57,434 nucleotides of DNA from an uncultured Bdellovibrionales bacterium (GCA_964631745.1 CAZVWV010000003.1:1-57434), one strand, 5' to 3'. Shown: positions 37,577 through 47,353, counted from the first letter of the stretch. The notes: a model not told the origin generated them from the sequence alone. Translations and numbers: made by a program.

Positions 37577-38350
37577 ATGGAAAGAGTCTGGATGATAGCC
37601 CTAAACACTTTTAGGGAGTCGATTAGAAGCAAAATTTTATATCTGACACTATGTTTCTCTACGGTGCTGATTTTCGTGGCGGCGCTTTTTGGATCGGTAA
37701 CGATTGGTGACCAGATTAAGGTGATTATAGATTTCGGACTTTTTTCGACTTCGATATTAGCGGTGTTATACGCGGTCATTACCGGCACAACCTTGCTTAG
37801 TAAGGAACTCACCCGAAAGACTATCTTTAACGTGCTTTCCAAAGCCGTGAAGCGTTGGGAGTTCGTGTGTGGCAAATATTTAGGGATGCTGCTTACGGAA
37901 GCGGTCCTAATCGCGATTATGGCCGTCTTATTGGTGCTCTTTGTCTTTCTTTTTCAGGGCGGCTTTAGGCCCGCGATTTTACTTGGCTCTTTGCATATCT
38001 TGTTTGAACTTGTAATAGTTTGCGGGCTAGCCATATTTTTCTCGACGATTGTGGTAACCCCGCTTCTAAGCGGAATCTTAGCTTTCTCTCTTTTCTTGGT
38101 GGGACGTTCAGCCGGGTATCTACTGTATTTTGTAGAATCAGGGGCGTCAGACGGGGTGCAATCGCTGCTCTTAAAGGCACTCTATCTTGTAGTGCCTCAT
38201 CTAGATAAAATTAATATCAGCTCTGAGATCGTGTACGACGCCCCGCTGCCCATATCGGCCACGCTGATAGCGGGCTTATACGCAGTGGGCTACGCCGGAG
38301 TTCTGATCGTGCTTGGCACGATGTTTTTTGAGAGGCGTGAGTTTAATTGA
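37577..38350 (+). CDS. ABC-2 type permease (PilI-like by position)
   Basis: IALNTFRESIRSK, KEL.RKTIF.VLSK.V.R.EF..GKYLG; multi-TM. Confidence 0.88.
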   Translation: MERVWMIALNTFRESIRSKILYLTLCFSTVLIFVAALFGSVTIGDQIKVIIDFGLFSTSILAVLYAVITGTTLLSKELTRKTIFNVLSKAVKRWEFVCGKYLGMLLTEAVLIAIMAVLLVLFVFLFQGGFRPAILLGSLHILFELVIVCGLAIFFSTIVVTPLLSGILAFSLFLVGRSAGYLLYFVESGASDGVQSLLLKALYLVVPHLDKINISSEIVYDAPLPISATLIAGLYAVGYAGVLIVLGTMFFERREFN

Positions 38351-38360
38351 GAGAGGTTCA

Positions 38361-38561
38361 CTGCTGTCCGGTAAGACATTGTAATTTGGGTCTTTAACCA
38401 CGGAGGCCACGGGGAACACGGAGAAAATATTGAGAATTTCTCTCTCCGTGACCTCCGTGTTCTCCGTGGTTAAATTCAAATCGCGGAAACTACAAATTCC
38501 TGTTTTCCCTTTTTAAATCAAGAATTTACGGCATCACCGCCACCTTTCTACCGGACACGCA
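38361..38561 (+). mobile_element. 201-bp MITE, copy 1
   Basis: Exact reverse complement of 47153-47353; TGTCCGGTA subterminal IRs; flanking direct repeat TGAGAGAGGTT at 38348-38358 and 38562-38572. Confidence 0.85.
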
Positions 38562-38576
38562 TGAGAGAGGTTAGCC

Positions 38577-38628
38577 TGCGTCGCCTATTCCGCAATTATT
38601 CCGGAATTATTCCGGAATAGGCGACGCA
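38577..38628. repeat. Perfect 16-bp inverted repeat
   Basis: TGCGTCGCCTATTCCG-N20-CGGAATAGGCGACGCA. Confidence 0.8.
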
Positions 38629-38827
38629 TCCTGGGGGGCGTCACGGATTTTGGCTAATATATGCAGAGAGCAGAGAGTGGGTGCTCAGAACGTGTCTTTC
38701 GGCGAGCATCTGGTCAATGCTTGTATACATTGAAACTGGTTTGTTATGGGTGTTGCCATACATAATTTGGACCTTGAAGCTATTTTGATGCATCTAAGAG
38801 ATACGATTAACCTAAAGGATCTAACGC

Positions 38828-39892
38828 ATGAAAAAAGAATCCAAAGCATTTTTATACGAACTTCTTAACACACCCTCGCCTACAGGGTTTGAGCAGCGCA
38901 TCCAGCGTGTGGTTAAGAAATATGTCCAGCGTTTTGCGGATACAAGTGAACTAGATCTACACGGTAACCTTACTGTCTGCATTAATCCAAAAGCCACTAG
39001 ACGGGTGATGTTTGCCGGGCACTGCGACCAGATCGGTTTGATGATTAAACATATTAGCAAGGACGGGTTTCTGTACGTCTCTGCCTTGGGCGGCATAGAT
39101 TCCGGAATTTTGCCCGGAACGCATGTAACTGTTTGGTCAGAGAAAGGGGAAGTGCAAGGGGTCTTTGGCCGCAAGCCCATTCACGCTCAAAGCGGAGAAG
39201 AGCGCACGAAGATGTCGCTAGAACTCGACAATATGTGGATCGATATCGGCGCTAAGAATCAAAAGGACGCCGAGAAGCGCGTACAGATCGGAGATCCAGT
39301 TACCTTTAAGCTTGGCGTTACCGAACTTTCAAACGATCTGATATGTTCCCCAGGCTTGGACGACAAGGTTGGACTGTTCGTGGCCATGGAAGCTCTCAGG
39401 CTCTGTTCAGAACAGAAAATCTCAATCGGCGTGTACGCGGTTAGCACCGTGCAAGAAGAGGTGGGCTTACGAGGCGCGCGCACCTCGGCTTACAGCATCG
39501 ATCCGGAAGTGGGCATCGCTATTGACGTAACGCATTCATCGGACAACCCAGGTGGCGAGAGCCCAAAAGCTGTGCCATGTAAATTGGCGCATGGTCCCGC
39601 AATTGTGCGGGGGCCAAACGTCAATCCGGTAGTGGAAAAGATGTTAGTCGCCTCAGCCAAGCGCAGTAAGATAAAATATCAGCCGGCCCCCTACAGCGGA
39701 CTTTTAGGGAACGACGCCAACGCAATTCAAGTAACGCGAGCGGGCGTAGCAGCAGCCAGCATCGGAATCCCGAATCGATATATGCATACTCAAGTTGAAG
39801 TATGCAGTTTGGACGATCTTGAAAACTCGGCCAAACTGTTAGCTGCCTTTGTGAAAGATATTAAGCCCAAGACGGATTTTCGTCCGAGTTAG
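38828..39892 (+). CDS. M42 family metallo-aminopeptidase
   Basis: SPTGFE, AGHCDQIG, LDDKVG, QEEVGLRGA, AIDVT, RYMHT. Confidence 0.93.
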   Translation: MKKESKAFLYELLNTPSPTGFEQRIQRVVKKYVQRFADTSELDLHGNLTVCINPKATRRVMFAGHCDQIGLMIKHISKDGFLYVSALGGIDSGILPGTHVTVWSEKGEVQGVFGRKPIHAQSGEERTKMSLELDNMWIDIGAKNQKDAEKRVQIGDPVTFKLGVTELSNDLICSPGLDDKVGLFVAMEALRLCSEQKISIGVYAVSTVQEEVGLRGARTSAYSIDPEVGIAIDVTHSSDNPGGESPKAVPCKLAHGPAIVRGPNVNPVVEKMLVASAKRSKIKYQPAPYSGLLGNDANAIQVTRAGVAAASIGIPNRYMHTQVEVCSLDDLENSAKLLAAFVKDIKPKTDFRPS

Positions 39893-39931
39893 GGCGTGCT
39901 TGATGTTGAAGTAATTGATAATCAGGGATAG
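39893..39931 (+). pseudogene. Possible 3-prime remnant of a HigB toxin gene
   Basis: Reads GVLDVEVIDNQG*, resembling the HigB C-terminal DVEIVDYH*; lies directly before higA. Confidence 0.45.
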
Positions 39932-39941
39932 ATGACTAGGA

Positions 39942-40208
39942 ATGCTTCCTAATACTGTTCCTCCAGGAAAGTTCCTTTTAGAAATTCTCGACGAGAAGGG
40001 GTTTTCGCAGTCTGACCTGGCCAAGCACATCGGTGTGGAACCGGGAGTGATAAATCAAATCTGCCGTGGTAAACGCGGAATATCTGCAGTCCTGGCCAAG
40101 AAACTCGCCCGCGCGCTTGGAACCGATTCCGCGCTTTGGGTAAATCTGCAAAGCTCGTAGGATCTTACGCGGGCAGAGGATCCGGATTTTGGAAAGCTTC
40201 GGGCCTAA
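39942..40208 (+). pseudogene. higA: HigA antitoxin interrupted by an in-frame TAG at 40158-40160
   Basis: PPGKFL.E..SQSDLA...INQI.RGKRGIS...KLARALGT...WVNLQSS*DL; TAG falls at the Tyr of the WxNLQxxYDL motif; frame continues to TAA at 40208. Confidence 0.75.
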
Positions 40209-40393
40209 ATTCGGGTCCGCAATCCCGAGGACTGCAAGCCGGGCCAGCACGAATATTACGTAGCGCTGGCGACCCCGCCGGCCGGTGGTGATAGTAGTAA
40301 AGCCGTTTAGGGCGTAGCCACCACTGCGGTAAAATCTTTGAGTAGGACCTGAGCGGTTGGTATACTCAGGAATCTAAACTTCTAGGTTCAAAT

Positions 40394-40840
40394 ATGATAA
40401 CAACAGCAGGAAGCAGCATCTCAGGGGCTGGTGAGGGCATGGAACGAACACGGGATTGCCTCAGAAAGCTCGCGATCGAGAGTGTTCGATCTGGCTATAG
40501 AATTCAAGGAAAAGTTAATGGTGCCGGGAGCGATTGGTCCGGTGATATCGCCGAAGTGCTCGATCTCGGGCGGAGTTTACTGCCTGCATTACCACTGCCC
40601 AATACTTCCGAGAAAACCGGGACCCCGGAGCCGAGCGCGACGGATCCCGTGAGTTTGTTAGCGCGATTGGCTCGCTTCGCCGTGAGTAGTAGAAATTTAT
40701 TACCCTGTTGGCCGGAAGGAATTTCTCCGGCCAAACTAGTTGAGCTAAACAACATATTGTCGCAGCTGCAAGCATTCGCAGCGCAACCCACCATCCCGGC
40801 CGGCAAGCCACTTGCGCTATCACCCAGCCCCAAGCGCTAA
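40394..40840 (+). CDS. Hypothetical protein (148 aa)
   Basis: ORF only; no motif; co-oriented with the MBOAT gene. Confidence 0.4.
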   Translation: MITTAGSSISGAGEGMERTRDCLRKLAIESVRSGYRIQGKVNGAGSDWSGDIAEVLDLGRSLLPALPLPNTSEKTGTPEPSATDPVSLLARLARFAVSSRNLLPCWPEGISPAKLVELNNILSQLQAFAAQPTIPAGKPLALSPSPKR

Positions 40841-40905
40841 ATCTTAGCCCGCTCACACCCCCAATTGCCACCACATGCGGCTAACTGCTAGCATGGCCAT
40901 CGGCC

Positions 40906-42279
40906 ATGTATTTTACCGATACATCATTTTTCGTGTTCCTTCTGATAGTAGTTTCAAGCTACTGGATGCTCCCGTTTCGGGCGCAGAATATTCTACTTCT
41001 GATCGCGAGCTACGTATTTTACGGCTTCGTTCACCCTTCCATCTGTATCCTGATGTTCTTTGTCTCTATTGTGAATTATTTATTCGCAATCTTAATTGAG
41101 GATTATCCCAGTCGTAAGAAGCTCCTGATAAACCTCTGTCTGGTGCTCTCGCTTTTGCCGCTTGCCTACTTTAAATACGCCATGTTTGTGCTGGACAACT
41201 TGCGGCTGCTCTTTCACGATATCCCAGCTCTAAAAGTATTGCTGCCCGCCGGAATTTCTTTCTATACCTTCCAGGGCTTGGCTTACACGGCTGATGTTTA
41301 CTTTGGAAAAATCAAAGCTGAGCGGGGTCCTATCACATTTTTGCTCTTTAAGGCCTTCTTCCCGCAGTTAGTGGCGGGCCCCATCGAACGCTCCCATAAT
41401 TTGCTTAAAGAGGTGCGGGCGCCAAGAACTTTTAACCTTGGGCAATTCTTTAGCGGCATAGATTTGCTCTTCCTTGGATATCTTAAGAAATTAGTCGTAG
41501 CCGATAACGCCGCCATGTATGTGAATATGATCTTCGATCTGAAGCAGCCCAGCACGTTGTTGATAATGATAGGCTCCCTCGGATTTGGTGTTCAGATTCT
41601 GGCAGATTTTTCTGCATACACAGACATTGCACGTGGGGTAGCGCGCTTAATCGGATTTGAGTTACTGGAAAACTTTAACCATCCCTATATCTCAAAATCG
41701 CCCTCAGATTTTTGGCGCAGGTGGCACATGTCCCTCTCTAACTGTATTAGGGACTATCTCTATATCCCGCTTGGTGGCTCGCGCGTCCCTACCGGCCGTT
41801 GGCTGTATAATCTCTTTATAGTCTGGTTTATCTGCGGCTTGTGGCACGGCGCGGCCTGGAATTTCATTATCTGGGGACTCTATTGGGGCTCATGGATCGC
41901 AATCTATCGCTTCGCTTGGAGCTTGCCGGATGGCAGAGCATGGGACCTGGCCCGAATTTTGTGGATGAATCTGATTATTACGGTAGGTTGGTTAATATTT
42001 AGAATAGATGATCTTAGGTATCTTGCCGATTACTTCTCCCCAGCGGCTTTTGCACTCACTCCCCAAAAGATACGAGGAGCAATAACCATCTCAATTATAT
42101 TTGGTTTCTATGCGGCGCCGCTATTAGTGGGATTCTTTACCAGAGATATCATTACCGGCCTATTAAGGTCAGACAAATACAGAGTTGCTACTAGAATCTT
42201 TGGGTATTCTTTAATCGGTTTATTAATAGCTCTCTTCGCGGCTGAAAGTTCAGCAGAATTTTTATATTTTCAGTTTTAG
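40906..42279 (+). CDS. MBOAT O-acyltransferase (AlgI/DltB-like)
   Basis: LPAGISFYTFQ, FPQLVAGPIER, DFSAYTDIARG, NFNHPY, DFWRRWHMSLS, GLWHGA. Confidence 0.93.
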   Translation: MYFTDTSFFVFLLIVVSSYWMLPFRAQNILLLIASYVFYGFVHPSICILMFFVSIVNYLFAILIEDYPSRKKLLINLCLVLSLLPLAYFKYAMFVLDNLRLLFHDIPALKVLLPAGISFYTFQGLAYTADVYFGKIKAERGPITFLLFKAFFPQLVAGPIERSHNLLKEVRAPRTFNLGQFFSGIDLLFLGYLKKLVVADNAAMYVNMIFDLKQPSTLLIMIGSLGFGVQILADFSAYTDIARGVARLIGFELLENFNHPYISKSPSDFWRRWHMSLSNCIRDYLYIPLGGSRVPTGRWLYNLFIVWFICGLWHGAAWNFIIWGLYWGSWIAIYRFAWSLPDGRAWDLARILWMNLIITVGWLIFRIDDLRYLADYFSPAAFALTPQKIRGAITISIIFGFYAAPLLVGFFTRDIITGLLRSDKYRVATRIFGYSLIGLLIALFAAESSAEFLYFQF

Positions 42280-42291
42280 TTTTTTTAGACG

Positions 42292-43329
42292 ATGACTAAA
42301 CGAGCCTCCATAGTAATTTCAATTCTGATTTCGGCGCTGATGCTGGGATCGGCAGAATACTGGGCCTATCGCAACAGTCACACCGTGAAATTTAACGACA
42401 CTTTTACGCAGAATATCCGCTCGGCTAAACCCGATATCATCTTTGTGGGGAATTCAACTCTGAAGTTCAACGTCGACCCGGTCGTAATGCAGGCCGAGTT
42501 ATCTAAAAGGTTAGGACGCGAGTTTAAGGTGCTGTTTTTATCTCGCTCAAGTATGCACTCTGCCTGGCAGTACCTGGTATTAAAGAATCAGATTTTGAAA
42601 TCCAGTGTAGCCAACATCCCCGTAGTCTTTGTGGACTATGAGCATTTCTTCTTCCTCCCGGAAGTTGCCACAGGAAGCGGAGCGTTCACAGAGAAACAGA
42701 TCAAGGTCCAAATGCTGGACCAAGAAGAGGTTCTTCTCAGCAAAATCGGTGGTCAGGCGGCCTATTTCAAGCGGCACTTCCCCTACCTAGTATCGCAGGG
42801 AAGTATCCTAAAGCGTGAGCTAAGCGGCGAGGCTGTGGCATTTATCGGAAAATTTTTAATGCCCGATAGTTTGCTAGCTAAACGTTACGGCAAGGTGGCC
42901 TCCACCACGCTGGTAAAGAAGATTCTCTCAAAAGTTTTCAGCCCCTCAAGTTTTAGAAGTGGGCTATTTACGCTTGAGCCCGCCAGAGTTTTGTCCTCCA
43001 ATAAACTTACCGACAAAGCTACCTTTAGAACTTATCTTGAGAAAACATTTATCCCCGAGATGCTTAAGATCCAGGGAAGTCTTAAATTTATATTCGTGGT
43101 GAGTTTAAGTAACCCAAAATTTGTTGATAACATCCCTGAGCTAGTAAAGGGCAACGATATGTTCCGAGATTATTTGAAGGAACACGGCATCCCGCTAATC
43201 GACATGAACGCCTATCCGCAAATTCACGAAGGCGGCTACATGAGCGACTCTCGCCACATCTCGGCCGGGCCCGGCAAAGTCCTAAATACCCAGTTAATGG
43301 CGGCAGAGCTTGCGCCGCTTTTGCGGTAG
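42292..43329 (+). CDS. Membrane-anchored SGNH-like partner (AlgJ/DltD-like)
   Basis: N-terminal anchor, IIFVGNS block I, C-terminal DSRH (DxxH); directly after the MBOAT gene. Confidence 0.65.
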   Translation: MTKRASIVISILISALMLGSAEYWAYRNSHTVKFNDTFTQNIRSAKPDIIFVGNSTLKFNVDPVVMQAELSKRLGREFKVLFLSRSSMHSAWQYLVLKNQILKSSVANIPVVFVDYEHFFFLPEVATGSGAFTEKQIKVQMLDQEEVLLSKIGGQAAYFKRHFPYLVSQGSILKRELSGEAVAFIGKFLMPDSLLAKRYGKVASTTLVKKILSKVFSPSSFRSGLFTLEPARVLSSNKLTDKATFRTYLEKTFIPEMLKIQGSLKFIFVVSLSNPKFVDNIPELVKGNDMFRDYLKEHGIPLIDMNAYPQIHEGGYMSDSRHISAGPGKVLNTQLMAAELAPLLR

Positions 43330-43511
43330 CCCGAAACCCGGAAATTCCCACTCCGAAATTACCACTCCGGAGGGCATATGCTGAGCCGTTCGGCTTGAGT
43401 GAGCGGCCTGTTAAGCCACCTCTGTCGGCCCATTTTGAGCTACCGGCTAAATTTAGATACCTGTGGAAATTTCGCTAGCTTTTTTTTGATAGCTATGTAA
43501 AAATAGCGGAT

Positions 43512-44642
43512 ATGGAGCTAACTGCCAGATATGTAAAGGAAAAAATCCTGACTGATCTTACCCGAAAGATGGTTTTTGTGGGTGGGCCACGGCAGGTTGG
43601 GAAAACTACATTAGCTGAAAATATAGCCGAGCATCTCGGTCTACCCCATCTAATTTTGAATTGGGACGATGATCAGGATCGAGAAAAAATCCTAAAACAA
43701 GAATTCTCCATCAATCGCGGCTTACTCATTTTTGACGAATTACATAAGAATAGACGGTGGAGAAATTACTTAAAGGGTTTATACGATAAAAGGAAGAGAG
43801 ATTTTCAAATTCTGGTGACTGGAAGCGCTAGGCTAGATTTATATCGCTTTGGTGGAGATTCCCTGCAAGGGCGCTACTTTTATCACAGGCTACATCCCTT
43901 AAGTGTTAAGGAACTTCGAATCACTGCCGCAGACGATCTGTTAAAGTTATTACAGTATAGCGGATTTCCCGAACCATATTTTCAGCAAGACTTAATCGAA
44001 AAGAAAAGATGGGCAAATACCTATCGCACACGCCTGATCAAGGAGGATTTAAGAGACCTTGAGTCAGTAACCGAACTTTCAGCAATTGAAACACTTGCGC
44101 TTAGACTACCAGCTCTTGTAGGGTCGCCCTTGTCTTTAAATTCTATCCGTGAAGATCTACAGGTTGCGCATGCAAGCGTTCAAAAGTGGTTGTTCGTTTT
44201 CGAAAAGCTCTACTATATTTTTAAGGTCTTACCCTTTGGTGCGCCTAATATCAAAGCGGTTAAAAAACAGTACAAACACTACCACTATGATTGGACGCTC
44301 GGCGAAAGTGAAGGGGCGCGATTTGAAAACTTTATTGCATCACACCTGTTAAAATGGTGCCATTACCAAGAGGATAGTTTTGGAAGATTGCTTGAGCTAA
44401 AGTATTACAGAGATAGCGAAAAAAGAGAGGTTGATTTCGTATTAACGGAAGATTCTAAACCAATCTTGTTTTTAGAAGTGAAGTTGTCTGACAGAAATAC
44501 CACTGACGGCCTTGTTTATCTCAAGCGTAAATACCCTTCTGTTAGAGCGGCGCAGGTCGTTTTAAAAACATCTGAGCGGACTTTTGACAAGCATGGTATT
44601 GAAGTTCTTGATGCTTTGAGTTTTTTGAGTGAGCTAGTTTAA
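43512..44642 (+). CDS. AAA+ ATPase with DUF4143, copy 3
   Basis: GPRQVGKT, FDELH, TGSA, GGDSLQGRYF, EVDF...LEVK; closest to copy 1. Confidence 0.88.
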   Translation: MELTARYVKEKILTDLTRKMVFVGGPRQVGKTTLAENIAEHLGLPHLILNWDDDQDREKILKQEFSINRGLLIFDELHKNRRWRNYLKGLYDKRKRDFQILVTGSARLDLYRFGGDSLQGRYFYHRLHPLSVKELRITAADDLLKLLQYSGFPEPYFQQDLIEKKRWANTYRTRLIKEDLRDLESVTELSAIETLALRLPALVGSPLSLNSIREDLQVAHASVQKWLFVFEKLYYIFKVLPFGAPNIKAVKKQYKHYHYDWTLGESEGARFENFIASHLLKWCHYQEDSFGRLLELKYYRDSEKREVDFVLTEDSKPILFLEVKLSDRNTTDGLVYLKRKYPSVRAAQVVLKTSERTFDKHGIEVLDALSFLSELV

Positions 44643-44688
44643 CCTAGAAAAAGCAGCTCTCACGCAGTGCGACTAAAAGCAGAGCGGC

Positions 44689-45468
44689 CTAAATTAACCC
44701 CACACCCGAAATCTTCGACAATACCCAGTCGATAGCGGGGCCGTTTTGCATATTAGAAAAAACATTAATAGTACCGGCCTCACAAGTAGCAGTAGTGCCG
44801 CCCACAATCACGCCCACAATTCCCCAAAAGCCGTCCGGATTTTGCGCTAGCACCGGCCCGCCGGAATCACCTTCGCAACCGCCTGAGCCGCCTTGAATTC
44901 TGACTGCGGCGATCACTTCAGAGTCAAGATCCACCACTGACATATCGGCGCGGCTTGGTCCAAGATTGGGATCGCGCTCTGGATTTGATAAACCGCTATC
45001 ATTGGCGCCGTATCCCATCAGCACTATATCATCTCCGATCGAAACGCTCTGAGTTACATAAAAAGGAATTGGCGTGATGTCGTTTTGGGGGGCGATATAA
45101 AATATCCCCACGTCTACCTGAGCGGGGTCGCCAGTATACGAAGGATGCCGCACCCTACCCGTAACTTGAACCTCGCGGCTACCTAATTTAATTACGGCGT
45201 CTGAAGGAATGCCCTCAACGCAGTGAGCGGCGCTCAGCACAGCGTTGGGCGCTATCAGCGTTCCTGAGCACACAGCCGCCAACTGTCCGGCTATTCGCCC
45301 CTCAATTAAGGCCACGGGCCCGTCTCCGTTGGGGCAGTCGATACCGCCGGTAATCTTAAGGGAACAGCTCCCGCTAAGTTGCCCCGAGCCTGAATCGTTA
45401 CTGTCACTGGAGCTGTTGGTGCAGCCTGCCAAAGCTAGAGTTAGTAAGATAACCAGGGGTATTCGCAT
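44689..45468 (-). CDS. Lipoprotein trypsin-like serine protease (S1)
   Basis: Lipobox LAGC, LSAAHC, DVGIF, GDSGGP; ATG 45468 with SD preferred over 45516. Confidence 0.88.
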   Translation of the reverse strand: MRIPLVILLTLALAGCTNSSSDSNDSGSGQLSGSCSLKITGGIDCPNGDGPVALIEGRIAGQLAAVCSGTLIAPNAVLSAAHCVEGIPSDAVIKLGSREVQVTGRVRHPSYTGDPAQVDVGIFYIAPQNDITPIPFYVTQSVSIGDDIVLMGYGANDSGLSNPERDPNLGPSRADMSVVDLDSEVIAAVRIQGGSGGCEGDSGGPVLAQNPDGFWGIVGVIVGGTTATCEAGTINVFSNMQNGPAIDWVLSKISGVGLI

Positions 45469-45551
45469 GCCTTCTCTCCCAATAAGTGGAAAACGTGTAA
45501 GTGTCGAGCTAAGCATATTCCGGTTACTACAAATCAGAAAGCCCGGATTTC

Positions 45552-46118
45552 TTATTGGCGCGGAATTATATTAGATCCGGAACCTAGCGCGTCGCGGGAA
45601 TCCCGCTCACCGTTTGAGTTATAAGCTCGAATCTCCGGAGCGTGATCTGAGCGCACAATGGCGGTGAATTGAAACCGGGAAAGTTCCGGGGTTGTGCATA
45701 TATTAATATTCTGAACTTTCTTTCCATCCTCAAAGAGACCTGCATCTACTAGACAGATTCCTTCTACGGTTCCAGTGACTTTAAATCGGCGCGCTGACAG
45801 GCTCCCAAGTCTTTTAGTGCTAATAATATCAACGTGCGGCGGAGCAAGGTAAGAGTTACCGGCCCTACAGATGCGATTATCGATTATGATGCGATTCCTG
45901 TCGTGCCAGTCGCGGCGCGGATGCGGTGGGCCAGAATAAACAGTGATCTGCGGGGCAGGGGTGATAAACTGCGAGGGCCAGGTGCGGTTTGAGGAGTTGA
46001 ACCGGGGCGGGCCGCCAAAATGATCATCGGCCCAGAGTGGGGCTTCCCAATAGAGATGGGTGATAAAGGTCGACAATATCAGTAAGCTGCGAAAGATTGT
46101 GAAAATCACGCGTTGCAT
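45552..46118 (-). CDS. Hypothetical secreted protein (188 aa)
   Basis: Signal-peptide-like N-terminus, Pro-rich segment, beta-rich C-terminus. Confidence 0.65.
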   Translation of the reverse strand: MQRVIFTIFRSLLILSTFITHLYWEAPLWADDHFGGPPRFNSSNRTWPSQFITPAPQITVYSGPPHPRRDWHDRNRIIIDNRICRAGNSYLAPPHVDIISTKRLGSLSARRFKVTGTVEGICLVDAGLFEDGKKVQNINICTTPELSRFQFTAIVRSDHAPEIRAYNSNGERDSRDALGSGSNIIPRQ

Positions 46119-46191
46119 GACTAAATTCTAGCCTAGCCCGCCGGAAAGTACTAGTTTGGAATAGACTGCTAAAACCCACGGATGAGGACGA

Positions 46192-47022
46192 ATGTATATA
46201 CTTGAAGAACACCCGGATTGTATCTCGCTTACGCTCAAGAATTTAAGCGCAGTTTCGATGCAGATTGCCGCCTCAGTTAGCCCCGCTTGTGCAGCGCTCA
46301 AGATTACTGCTGGTCAAGAGATCCTTTGCGCCGATGGCATACCGGCAACTAAAATTTACAGATTAGTTGATGGCGCTCTTAAGCATAAGGTCGCAGGAAA
46401 GCCGCTCTTTATATACGAAGCAGGTGATTTTCTTGGCTTAGAAAGCCTATCATCTATGGCGCTGCCAGATCTAAGAACAGATTTCGCAGTTACAGTGGAT
46501 GAGTACGATTCTCAGTCGATAAAGAAAAAGATCGAAGAAGACCCGAACTTCGCGGCCCAAATCCTTCGATACCACGCGCTGCGGGCGGAACTGGCCGAGC
46601 GGATGCTCTCGCATAAACTTGCGGCCGAAATGGATGAGCATGCGCCCCTCATAAAACACTTCGAAGTGGGGCAGGTTATTGTGAGGGAAGGGGAGGAATC
46701 TAGCGATGTACTGAATTTATTGGAGGGCAGCGCCGATGTGTTTTTAGCCGGAGTTAAAATCGGCGAGATCGGACAAGATGAAATCTTCGGCGCGATCGCC
46801 TCACTTTGCAATAAGCCAAGAACCGCCACCGTAATAGCAAGAACTCGCTGCGTGGTGTTACAGCTAAAGGCAGAAGAGTTTAAATCTCTAATTGAGCACC
46901 GGCCCCAGGCGGTCTTAAGGCTCTTAGAAAACTTAGCCAACACAATAATAAATTTGAATGAGCGCGTGGTCGCAGCGGAAAAAGGAGAGGGGGGGCCGGG
47001 CCGAGGAGCGTTGTTCCGGTAA
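46192..47022 (+). CDS. Protein with two cyclic nucleotide-binding domains
   Basis: GQEIL..DG...Y.L.DG...GDFLG; GQVIVREGE..V.NLLEG...GEIGQDEIFG...RTATV; no HTH. Confidence 0.85.
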   Translation: MYILEEHPDCISLTLKNLSAVSMQIAASVSPACAALKITAGQEILCADGIPATKIYRLVDGALKHKVAGKPLFIYEAGDFLGLESLSSMALPDLRTDFAVTVDEYDSQSIKKKIEEDPNFAAQILRYHALRAELAERMLSHKLAAEMDEHAPLIKHFEVGQVIVREGEESSDVLNLLEGSADVFLAGVKIGEIGQDEIFGAIASLCNKPRTATVIARTRCVVLQLKAEEFKSLIEHRPQAVLRLLENLANTIINLNERVVAAEKGEGGPGRGALFR

Positions 47023-47152
47023 CGGCGCGTGCGCCCAGAGCTTCAAAACAGCTAGATCAAAAAGGTCTGCTGAAAGACCGTATCTGGTCATCGCCGGGTT
47101 CAATAACTAGCTGATTGCATTATGTAATTAATGGTGTCGCGCACCCGGATCA

Positions 47153-47353
47153 TGCGTGTCCGGTAGAAAGGTGGCGGTGATGCCGTAAATTCTTGATTTA
47201 AAAAGGGAAAACAGGAATTTGTAGTTTCCGCGATTTGAATTTAACCACGGAGAACACGGAGGTCACGGAGAGAGAAATTCTCAATATTTTCTCCGTGTTC
47301 CCCGTGGCCTCCGTGGTTAAAGACCCAAATTACAATGTCTTACCGGACAGCAG
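47153..47353 (-). mobile_element. 201-bp MITE, copy 2
   Basis: Identical to copy 1, inverted; flanked by perfect 13-bp CGCACCCGGATCA at 47140-47152 and 47354-47366. Confidence 0.88.

Noticed and set aside
40158-40160. Genome-wide TAG recoding
   Set aside because: pilB, the M42 peptidase and others end in TAG at family-typical lengths, so a local nonsense mutation is simpler
38361-47353. Composite transposon bounded by the two inverted MITE copies
   Set aside because: Each copy has its own flanking duplication, the outer flanks do not match, and no transposase lies between them; independent insertions fit better, although the pair could mediate inversion
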